Source of the DNA: a virus
Virus record (IMG/VR): IMGVR_UViG_3300045988_121434
Span: 32,001-96,000 of that record
DNA: 64,000 bases
Reading direction: 5' to 3' (one strand)
Part shown: positions 55,458 to 63,736 of the stretch, piece by piece
Layout of the letters: every line of letters starts with the position of its first letter
Position numbering within the stretch: the first letter of the stretch is position 1
The notes under the pieces: generated by a model
Databases searched by the model: none
Told to the model about the DNA's origin: nothing
What the model saw: only the letters and a program-made list of their open reading frames with translations
Position numbers and translations under genes: made by a program

Positions 55458-56765
55458 ATGAAAAGGATAGTGAGAGGTAATGACTTCACCATGAGGATAC
55501 CCGTAGTGAAGATAGTTGAGGGCGAGAAGGTGGCGTTCCCGTTGCCGGGCTGTACCGACATCGTGGTGAGGTTGTGCTCGGCGTACAGGCGGCTGGAGCT
55601 GGCTCACACAATAGACGCGAAAGAGGACAACGTGATTGTGGCGAGGGTCGAGGGAGACCAGATACCACTGGGCACTTACGCGCTGGAGGTGCGCGGCAAA
55701 ATCTTCGGCAACGACTGGCGAAGCAACGAGTATGAGCAGGTGGCTATCGTTGACAGGAACGCTGACGCCGACACGGAGCTGGGCGAGACCGACGAGGGCG
55801 AGAACTCGGTGGAGATGGACACGGCTGTGGTGGTGCTGCCGCCTGACAGGGAGCTGGAAGCGCTGGTGAAGGAGGCGCAGGCGAGCGTGGAAAGCATAAC
55901 GGGAGCGGTGGATAAGGCAGAATCTGCCGTGACCAACGCCGAGAAAGCCGTGAAAGAGGCAGAGAGGATAGACATAGACCTGCGAGGCACGGACTTGGAA
56001 ATAACACGCAAGAGCGGCGAGAAGAAGGGGTTTGACCTCTTGCAGCTGAGAGGCGAGCAAGGGCCACAAGGTGACAAGGGTGAGAAGGGTGAGAAGGGCA
56101 ACGCGTTCACTTACGCCGACTTCACGCAAGAGCAGATTGCGGCATTGCAGAAACCTGCCAAGGATGTGGCGAGCGAGGTGGAAGCCGCGGAAGAGAAGAG
56201 AGTGGAGAATGAAGCGGCAAGACAGGAGGCAGAGAAGAAGCGTGAAGCTTCCGAGGTAACTCGCACGAGAACGGAAACGGAGCGCGAGACCAACGAACAG
56301 GCACGACAAGCCAGCGAGACGACAAGGCAGACTGCGGAAGAGAAGCGAGAGGGCGACACGGCGACGGCGATAGCGACGATGAAAAGTGATACGTCCGCAG
56401 CCGTGAAGACCATGCAGGACGCTATGGTCTCACTGAATAAATACATGGACATAGTGAAGCTGCCCGTGGTGGAAACATTGGCAACGAACGTAGTCGTGGC
56501 TATGAGGGCTAATAAGGTGTATCGCTTCACCTTAGGAAATGAGCTGGAACTTAGTCTCAGCGCGCCCGATGACAAGACCGTGACCAATGAATACCAAGGC
56601 AGTTTCGACACGGGCGACGTGGCTCCAGCCGTGACATGGCCTGAAGGCGTTGTGTGGGATGCAACGCCTAATATTGGAACGAACTCACACGTTGAATTCA
56701 ATATCAGATATACAGGAGGCAAGTTCTTTGGAGTAGCATTAGCGTGGGACTTGCCGACGAAATGA
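55458..56765 (+). CDS. collagen-like / coiled-coil fibre protein
   Basis: It has an N-terminal Ig-like region, a GEQGPQGDKGEKGEKG triplet run and a long charged coiled coil. The track ORF starts at GTG 55404. Confidence 0.6.
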   Translation: MKRIVRGNDFTMRIPVVKIVEGEKVAFPLPGCTDIVVRLCSAYRRLELAHTIDAKEDNVIVARVEGDQIPLGTYALEVRGKIFGNDWRSNEYEQVAIVDRNADADTELGETDEGENSVEMDTAVVVLPPDRELEALVKEAQASVESITGAVDKAESAVTNAEKAVKEAERIDIDLRGTDLEITRKSGEKKGFDLLQLRGEQGPQGDKGEKGEKGNAFTYADFTQEQIAALQKPAKDVASEVEAAEEKRVENEAARQEAEKKREASEVTRTRTETERETNEQARQASETTRQTAEEKREGDTATAIATMKSDTSAAVKTMQDAMVSLNKYMDIVKLPVVETLATNVVVAMRANKVYRFTLGNELELSLSAPDDKTVTNEYQGSFDTGDVAPAVTWPEGVVWDATPNIGTNSHVEFNIRYTGGKFFGVALAWDLPTK

Positions 56766-56945
56766 AAAACACGATAAGGCAATAGACATGAGAACAGACA
56801 TGAGAGGCAAACTCTACAGAGAAATTCTGCCGCCGGGATATCAACGGCTGGCATACATAAGAACAGAAAGGGAATATAGTGGCGGTATGCAATATAAAAT
56901 AGCGATAGTGCCCGCCTTCGCTTCGCTTGAAGGAAGGAGGGCGGC

Positions 56946-57494
56946 ATGAGATGTGAGCGCAGGAAGATAATGGGGAACGTGCTTGATGCACCTGTTAGGT
57001 GGAAAGATAAGGAGGTGGCGACATACCTTGCGAGAATAAAGGTAACGACTCGCCGTCAAGCGATGGCGAGTAATGATAACTTTTACGCGGCTTTCTCCTC
57101 TAACTCGAAGCTGCGGTGGTTTCCAGAATTCAAGTGGTTCGTGGGTGTGAGGAACCTGTTACGATACGCTTTCCGATACTGCCCGAACCTGGAGGAGATA
57201 GAACTGCCGAAGAACTTGACGTTCATAGGCGCGCAATGCTTTGACGGCGACAAGAAGCTTGGGCCTGACTTCGTGATTCCCGTCGGGGTTGCGGAGATAG
57301 ACTGGTACGCTTTCCATGACTGCACGGGCATCAAGAGGATGAAAGTGCTGAACCCTATACCACCAACGGGCACTGGCGATCCATCCGCGGTGACACAGTT
57401 CTATGTGCCAGATAAAAGCGTGGAGGCGTACCAGGCAGCGAGTGACTGGAGCAAAATGGCGGACAGGATTCACCCATTGAGCGAGTGGGCGTGA
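56946..57494 (+). CDS. BspA-type leucine-rich-repeat protein
   Basis: FRYCPNLEEIELPKNLTFIGAQCF ... IDWYAFHDCTGIKRMKV matches the LRR_5/BspA pattern. Confidence 0.65.
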   Translation: MRCERRKIMGNVLDAPVRWKDKEVATYLARIKVTTRRQAMASNDNFYAAFSSNSKLRWFPEFKWFVGVRNLLRYAFRYCPNLEEIELPKNLTFIGAQCFDGDKKLGPDFVIPVGVAEIDWYAFHDCTGIKRMKVLNPIPPTGTGDPSAVTQFYVPDKSVEAYQAASDWSKMADRIHPLSEWA

Positions 57495-57562
57495 AGAGGG
57501 ATGAGTGAAGAGTGAAGAATCTTTGAGGACGAGATGGGCAATCATAATTAATACTTAAAAAC

Positions 57563-58087
57563 ATGACAGGGAAATGGATAAAGGACGGCGTTTTCGCCGA
57601 CATGACGATGGAGATTAATGGCAGGATGGTGAGCAACCCGACTGACGAGATGCTGCGCGAGGCTGGGTATGAGCCTTACGTGCCAAGCGAGAAGGAACTG
57701 CTGGCTCAGGCCAAGGAAACCAAGACGCAGGAGATAGAGCGATACGACATCTCTGACAAGGTTAATGGCTTCAAGCTGAACGGCACGGTGTTTTGGCTGG
57801 ACAAGGCGACGAGGGTCGGGTTGATGAACTCGACGGAGATAACGAAAGCGGCAGGGCAGGAGACGACCGACCTGTGGATGGGCGACGTGAAGCTGACGAT
57901 ACCCTGCGACACGGTGATTAAGCTGCTGTCGGCTATAGAGCTGTACGCGCTGGAATGCTTCAACACGACGGCAAGGCACAAGGCTGAGGTGGCTGAGCTA
58001 AAGACAGTGGAAGAGGTTGAGAAGTATGACATTAAGGAAGGCTACCCGAAGCAGCTGGAGATAAACCTATCCGGGCTGGATAGGTAA
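57563..58087 (+). CDS. hypothetical protein (174 aa), DUF4376-like tail-fibre-associated domain
   Basis: The segment NGTVFWLDKATRVGL...LWMGDVKLTIPCD resembles that domain from memory only. Confidence 0.4.
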   Translation: MTGKWIKDGVFADMTMEINGRMVSNPTDEMLREAGYEPYVPSEKELLAQAKETKTQEIERYDISDKVNGFKLNGTVFWLDKATRVGLMNSTEITKAAGQETTDLWMGDVKLTIPCDTVIKLLSAIELYALECFNTTARHKAEVAELKTVEEVEKYDIKEGYPKQLEINLSGLDR

Positions 58088-58656
58088 TGTCAATAACAAC
58101 GGTAACAATAAAAAAACAGGAGGCAGAAAAGATGCTGGCAAGTGAATTAGTTAGCCTTTTCGGAAAAGGAAAGGAAAGGCAGATATTCGAGATAGTGAGA
58201 ACCATGAACCCATTGATGGCGGAATATGGATTCAATACGGTGAGGAGACTGAGATACTTCCTGGCGCAGATTGGGCACGAGAGCGCGGGGCTGACGTACA
58301 CTAAGGAGATAGCGTCGGGCAAGGCGTATGAGGGCAGGAAAGATCTTGGGAACGTGTATGCCGGTGACGGGGTGAAATTTAAGGGCCGTGGCTACTTGCA
58401 GATTACTGGCAGGAAGAACTACACGCTGCTGCAAGCGGACACGGGAATACAGTGCCTTGAGTGCCCTGAGCTACTGGAGCGGCCGAAATACGCGATACTC
58501 TCGGCCTTGTGGTTCTGGAGACGGAACAACCTGAACATCTACGCGGACAAAGACGCTTATACGGCTCTCACCAAGCGGATAAATGGCGGCACGAACGGCA
58601 TGGCCGACCGCTTGGCGTGGCTGAAGAAGGCGAACAGCTGCATATCGGAGGTGTAA
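58087..58656 (+). CDS. endolysin, glycoside hydrolase family 19 (chitinase-like lysozyme)
   Basis: FLAQIGHESAGLTY ... KFKGRGYLQITGRKNY ... RINGGTNG are GH19 catalytic-region motifs. Confidence 0.85.
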   Translation: MSITTVTIKKQEAEKMLASELVSLFGKGKERQIFEIVRTMNPLMAEYGFNTVRRLRYFLAQIGHESAGLTYTKEIASGKAYEGRKDLGNVYAGDGVKFKGRGYLQITGRKNYTLLQADTGIQCLECPELLERPKYAILSALWFWRRNNLNIYADKDAYTALTKRINGGTNGMADRLAWLKKANSCISEV

Positions 58657-58686
58657 AGAAAATAAATTTTTATAGACAAGATAGAC

Positions 58687-59301
58687 ATGAACAAGAAAGA
58701 GAAAAACAATATTGTCGGGGTGATGGTGGCGGCGGTGTTCGTTGGCTTCTGCCTTGGGGCTGGGCTGGCTAACCACTGCAACCACCATTCGCGCGACGGC
58801 AAGGGAAAGGTGACTGTGGACACGGTGACGGTGAGGGACACGGTGCGAATTACGGAGCCCAGTGCGGCGGACAGCGTGGTGACGGGGGTGATACGGGTGC
58901 CGGTGGCACTCCCCACTGAACCGACCGTTCCCAAAGCAGAGATAGAGGTCTTTGAGCCGGGCCGCTTGTCTGAGGTCATGGACGGACATGCGGTTAACAA
59001 AGGTGGCTCAGAGGCGCAGGAAACGGGCAAAAATGCACGGGAAGACACGGTATGGGCCGTTGTACCTCGGACGCAGAAGCGATACGTGGACAGCACGTAC
59101 ATGGCGTGGATTAGCGGATATGAGCCGAGGCTGGACAGCATTGAGGTATATCAGAAGACAATGGTTGTAACGAAGAGCGTAGAGGGGAGAGGAAAGAGTA
59201 AACGCTTCAACGTGGGGCTGACAGGTGGCTTCGGGTATGGGGTGTTCACGAGAAAGCCAGACGTGTGGGTGGGCGTGGGATGCACGTGGAGAATGTTTTA
59301 G
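58687..59301 (+). CDS. membrane-anchored protein (204 aa), possible spanin-like lysis accessory
   Basis: It has an N-terminal TM helix and lies immediately after the endolysin. Confidence 0.4.
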   Translation: MNKKEKNNIVGVMVAAVFVGFCLGAGLANHCNHHSRDGKGKVTVDTVTVRDTVRITEPSAADSVVTGVIRVPVALPTEPTVPKAEIEVFEPGRLSEVMDGHAVNKGGSEAQETGKNAREDTVWAVVPRTQKRYVDSTYMAWISGYEPRLDSIEVYQKTMVVTKSVEGRGKSKRFNVGLTGGFGYGVFTRKPDVWVGVGCTWRMF

Positions 59302-59384
59302 TTATGATGGAAGAAGCTCTTTGAGGGCGATAGGCCTTTGTAGACTTTATAGACTGATATAGATTTTTAAGGCAAAACAAGATT

Positions 59385-59906
59385 ATGATGATTTCGATTA
59401 TAGCGTTTGCGGTGCTGGCCGCGTATTTGGGCATTATGGCATGGAGGTTCGGGCTCCCTGAAATGGTGAGCGACACGTTCTATCAGCTTGAGGGCTGGAG
59501 GAAGAACGCTGGGTTCGTGTTCTCCATGGTGATGATGTGCAGCGCGCTCGTCATGCTGCCCGTGATGCTGGAGTCAGGCGGCGCGCAACCGCTGGCGTTC
59601 CTGGGCTGCGTGGGGCTCATGTTCGTGGGCGTCGCGCCTAACTACTGCGACAGGGACACGTACCCGGTACACAAGGGCGGCGCGATGGTTGCGGCCATTG
59701 GCTGCGTGGGCTGGGCGACGAGCGTGAACTGGTGGCCTACGGTGCTGGTGGCGTCCATGTACGCGGCGTATGTGGCCGTGGCGGAGGCGTACAAGATTCT
59801 TGATAACGTGTGGTACATGAGCAGGGGCAAGACGTACTTCCACAGGCTCTACTGGGCCGAGGTGGCAGGGTTTGTGGACGTGTGGCTGACGCTGTGGACG
59901 GAGTGA
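59385..59906 (+). CDS. polytopic membrane protein (173 aa)
   Basis: It has five or six hydrophobic segments. Confidence 0.5.
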   Translation: MMISIIAFAVLAAYLGIMAWRFGLPEMVSDTFYQLEGWRKNAGFVFSMVMMCSALVMLPVMLESGGAQPLAFLGCVGLMFVGVAPNYCDRDTYPVHKGGAMVAAIGCVGWATSVNWWPTVLVASMYAAYVAVAEAYKILDNVWYMSRGKTYFHRLYWAEVAGFVDVWLTLWTE

Positions 59907-60080
59907 GGAAAGGAAAGAAGAGGAACGAAGAGAAGAGGAAAGAAGATAGGCATGGTGGCCAAAGGTAAAAGAGATTATTCAGGATAACGTATTTGATTTA
60001 GTTTTTGGTTTTATTTTTGAGTAAAAGGTTAATTAAACAGATGAGGGGTCAGCCGTCGGGAGACGGCTGGCTTCTCGAAG

Positions 60081-60118
60081 CCGTGGCAAACCGTGAGGGT
60101 CTGTCACGGTTTTGTTTC
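60081..60118 (+). terminator. rho-independent terminator ending the late operon
   Basis: CCGTGGCA (60081-88) pairs with TGTCACGG (60102-09), followed by TTTTGTTTC. A second hairpin precedes it: CAGCCGTC-GGGA-GACGGCTG (60050-60069). Confidence 0.6.
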
Positions 60119-60209
60119 TGGGATATAATAGATGGTTGACAGGTGGAATGGTGGTAGGAAGATTGTTTGGAAAGAGTGAAAGAATTTAAGTAAAATATTT
60201 CGGAAAAAG

Positions 60210-60241
60210 TTTGTGGCATAGAAATATTTTCCGTATCTTTG
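60210..60241 (+). promoter_or_regulatory. near-consensus Bacteroides promoter with no downstream ORF
   Basis: TTTG (60210-13), a 20-nt spacer, then TATCTTTG (60234-41). Confidence 0.5.
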
Positions 60242-60807
60242 TGGATATAAAGAACTCTCTTTTAGTGAATTAATGTGTAAAGGCTAAAGTTGTATAAGTA
60301 ACAAGGGACTTGGACAGGTAGCATTCCTTCTTTCTGAAATATCTAATAATAATTCAGAGGAGCTACTTGTCAACGTGGTTAACGCGAGTGCTGTGACAGC
60401 ACGAGAGACTGCGGTTTTGGTTCATATTGATTAGAAGGTTAAAGATTGTTATGATTTTAACGATTATGTAAATGTTTCTTGAGTTATGTGGTTAGAGAAC
60501 CAGCGGATGCCGTTCTTGTCGTGACAGACAGGGACGGCACGAGTGTTTTTAGGCGTGGATGTTGGCTTTGGCGAGGAGTGTATGGACATGATGACTGGCG
60601 GGACGTTATGTCCTTGACGACGTGGTAGCGAGCGCAGTCGGTGTGTTCGTGGCATTCGTAGTGGTAAAATGGGATTTGTATGGTAGTAATGGAAAAGGCT
60701 CGCTATCCTCACGGACAACAAGCCTAACAAAACATTTTAATATTTTTAGATTATGAAATCTAAAAGTATTTGCAAAGTTATGTGTTTTTTGCGAGATACG
60801 CAAATTT

Positions 60808-61395
60808 TCAGTATTTCAACATTCCATTGTAGATGTAGCCGGTGTAAGTGATGTTGACATTACGGGCGTAGTCGCCGTTTTCCTCTGTCAGTTCATCGGC
60901 ATGGAATTTCACTGTGTATTTCGGGTGGCTGTATCCGTCGGTCTCGCCGAGGTATTGTAGTTCTACCCAGGCTCCCTTGGCTATTGTCCCAGTCTCGTCT
61001 TCGTCATACCCGACACGGAGTGTGTTTTTCACGTATTCTTTCCACTGATTGAATCCGTCTATATTAGCCGACACGTCAGCTAACTTATAACGACCGCTTT
61101 CATGGTGTTTTACGGGTGTGTCCTTGATGATGAAGGAAACGATGTAGTAGTCGGTCTTTGTGTTTCCGACCATGGGGTCGCTGCTCATTGTGTACGACTC
61201 CCAGCCATACTTGTTTACCTCACAGCTTGCGTCTTTCACAACCTTGCTTTTTACCATTGAGGCGAAAGGCGACTCCACGGGTACATACGCTTCTTCTTCG
61301 TCACCATCACTTCCTCCGCAGGCGGTCATCCCCGTGCCAATGCCTATGATGCAGAGGGTGATGATGAGCCAGTTCTTGATTTTTGTTCTTTTCAT
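60808..61395 (-). CDS. lipoprotein (195 aa)
   Basis: It has a signal peptide with a lipobox (IGIGTGMTAC-GGSDGDEEE). Confidence 0.7.
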   Translation of the reverse strand: MKRTKIKNWLIITLCIIGIGTGMTACGGSDGDEEEAYVPVESPFASMVKSKVVKDASCEVNKYGWESYTMSSDPMVGNTKTDYYIVSFIIKDTPVKHHESGRYKLADVSANIDGFNQWKEYVKNTLRVGYDEDETGTIAKGAWVELQYLGETDGYSHPKYTVKFHADELTEENGDYARNVNITYTGYIYNGMLKY

Positions 61396-61753
61396 AGTCT
61401 CTAAAAAACCGTTTGATGAATTAATAATATGTTTTTACTTTCGTACTTATGTACTTTAATACGTTAGTTCTTTTTGTGTTTTTTTGTGTCTTCTGTTGTT
61501 CTCTCCTCCCCACCATGTCCGATGTTTCACGCGCGTTTTTGTACCTTTATTAGTGAAAAGTTCGAGGTGTCGGACTGGATGCGGAATCATAGAGCAACCG
61601 TAAAGGACGCGTAAAGGACGCATAGAGCACGCTAAAGGCTGTTTTTAGGCCGTTTTCGGCTGTTTTCTTACCGAATGTTTCACGATTTTCGTTGTCCGCC
61701 CATGCCCACGTTTTCCAGTAATTCTTTTATTCACACCTTAAACCAATATCAGT

Positions 61754-62197
61754 ATGGCAAAGGTTACTTTTTCAACGGACATTCAGTCCATTTCGGGTAA
61801 GTTGTGCTCCAAAGAGGGCGTGGTTTACAGTGTTAATCAACAGACGGGCAAGACCTACCGTTCCGACCGTCACGGTTATTCCGACCCTAAAACTGAAGAG
61901 CAGCAGACCATCCGCGCCACCTTCAAGAAGAAGGCGCAACTCGCCTCTGCATGGTGGAAGCAGAACCGCCCGTCCGACAAGTCAGCCAAAGGCACGGAGG
62001 CTTACCTCTCCGTGATGAAGGCGTACAAGGCGCAGCACAAAATCGGCAACCCCTACAGCTTCATGCGCTCCCTCGTCACCGACGACCTCAAGGTCGTGCT
62101 CTCCGGCAACGACATCACAGGTGGCGTAACCACAGGCGGCTCCACCACGGGTGGCGGCAGCGGCTCAACGGGCAATTCAGGCGAGGTGGACGGATAG
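61754..62197 (+). CDS. hypothetical protein, paralogue of 28064..28420, with Gly/Thr-rich tail
   Basis: It shares the ISGKL and AQHKIGNPYSF motifs. The C-terminus is GGVTTGGSTTGGGSGSTGNSG. Confidence 0.5.
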   Translation: MAKVTFSTDIQSISGKLCSKEGVVYSVNQQTGKTYRSDRHGYSDPKTEEQQTIRATFKKKAQLASAWWKQNRPSDKSAKGTEAYLSVMKAYKAQHKIGNPYSFMRSLVTDDLKVVLSGNDITGGVTTGGSTTGGGSGSTGNSGEVDG

Positions 62198-62261
62198 TCC
62201 GTCATTTCGCTAATGCGGTCATTTCCCACGGTAGGCACACACGGGCTTGCCGTGGGATTTT

Positions 62262-62621
62262 TTATTCTTCGGGCAGCAATACCACGCCTACGCGGACCTT
62301 TGCTCCACAATGAGGGCAGAAAGCGGTGGTGTTGACGGTGGACTGCGTTTCCTCTTGTGTATTGTTTTCTTTCTCCTCTTTTTCTTCGTTGAACAAAAGA
62401 GTGTTGCTTTCAGGATTTGCTGAACCGTCTATTGGGTAAAACAGGTCGGTAATGTCACATTCCAGCTTCTCGCAAAGGTCTTCCAACCGCCTTACCGTAG
62501 GATTACCCTTGATATAATTCTGAATGATGTTCTGCGTCTTTAGGTCGAACTTCTGGCAGAAAGACGTAATAGTATAACCACGCTCTGTAATGGCGCGACG
62601 GATGTCTATTTTCGTTCTCAT
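62262..62621 (-). CDS. XRE-family HTH regulator with C-terminal zinc-ribbon
   Basis: The HTH is ERGYTITSFCQKFDLKTQNIIQNYIKGNPTVRRLEDLCEKLECDITDLF. The C-terminus carries FCPHCGAKV. Confidence 0.75.
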   Translation of the reverse strand: MRTKIDIRRAITERGYTITSFCQKFDLKTQNIIQNYIKGNPTVRRLEDLCEKLECDITDLFYPIDGSANPESNTLLFNEEKEEKENNTQEETQSTVNTTAFCPHCGAKVRVGVVLLPEE

Positions 62622-63322
62622 ATATATAATTGTATTATTTTGGTTGCAAAGTTAGTTTATATATTTGTATTATGCGAGTATTTTGCAAAATTAATTATTG
62701 TATATATTTATTTTGCATAGAATTATGTGTTTTTGGTCTATTTGTGTCGCTTTTATGTGTATCGTTTATCGAGAACTTGGATAGAATACGTTTGGTTTTC
62801 CTCGTCAGAATTAAATATCTACCCCTATAAATAGCTAATAATCAACGCTTTAACCAACACGCCACTTTGCGAAAGCTCACCCAAAAGGAGCACCTAAATA
62901 ATTGATAATTAGAGCAATCGCATCCCTAAACTCCACCCCGAAACCTCGATTCAGAAGCAAGACTGCCCGCCGCGCTGAGGAGCCTTGCGTGCCCCCGCCA
63001 GCGTGTCCGGCTGTGAATATGCGGGCGAGGCTGTCAGGATGGCAGCCACCACCAGCCACCAGGGAGGAAGCCACCAGCCATTAAGGGAGGAACACCACCA
63101 GAACCGCAACCTTATATATAATAAGGTATGCAATTATATCTATTTGCAAATAAGTGTAAACAAATCATATATATTTGTTTAAGGAAGTTAAAAACAAATA
63201 TATACAATAACTTTTTAATCGAAATATTTGGTTATTACAATTATATGTAGTACCTTTGCAACTGTAAAACAAAACAATAACATAAAGCTGGGGGCAACAG
63301 TTTAAAATTCCGCATTAAAACA

Positions 63323-63676
63323 ATGAATAAGCAACAAATTAAAGTTATGATCGCACTTGCAGCGATCGCAATGGCTAACAAAGAAGGCTTTACCGTGGAC
63401 GCTGCCAACTTGCAGCCGGTGACAAGCGGCTACGCTGTAGCCGTTGCAGATACTCAAAACTCGTTCGGCTTCGAGGGTTTGGCAAACGTCGTTAAATACG
63501 TTAGCGCACATCCGGAAATTAACGCTTTTGGCGGTTGGTACAATAGCGAAAATAATATGTATTATTTTGATGCTATTGTAATAGTTAACGATTTAGAGGC
63601 TGCTAAGGAGTTAGGCCGCGTTAATAAGCAAATAGCAATTTTCGATCTTGCAAACTTAAAAGAAATAAGATTGTAA
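63323..63676 (+). CDS. hypothetical protein (117 aa)
   Basis: ORF transcribed divergently from the XRE gene. Confidence 0.5.
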   Translation: MNKQQIKVMIALAAIAMANKEGFTVDAANLQPVTSGYAVAVADTQNSFGFEGLANVVKYVSAHPEINAFGGWYNSENNMYYFDAIVIVNDLEAAKELGRVNKQIAIFDLANLKEIRL

Positions 63677-63736
63677 GTAATAACCGGGACCGGCGGCGCC
63701 GGTCCTTACATCTAACAATAATAAAATACTTACATT

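Noticed and set aside
49061-56765. A diversity-generating retroelement targeting the fibre genes.
   Set aside because: No reverse transcriptase ORF lies in the window. I found no ~100-nt template/variable repeat pair with adenine-specific differences. The only internal repeat is the 20-mer at 52657/52981.
49480-56947. Numerous long minus-strand and off-frame ORFs within the fibre/lysis block, e.g. 49988..50674, 51362..51838, 53078..53611, 55440..56309 and 56111..56947.
   Set aside because: They are a by-product of the extreme G-ending codon bias of the plus-strand genes, which leaves few stop codons in the other frames. Their translations are Arg/Pro/His-rich nonsense.
62877-63182. Four overlapping 60-65-aa ORFs in the GC-rich island.
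   Set aside because: They are mutually exclusive and low-complexity (Pro/Arg/Trp-rich), and none has a convincing start context. The region is treated as non-coding and reported as a candidate RNA or binding site.
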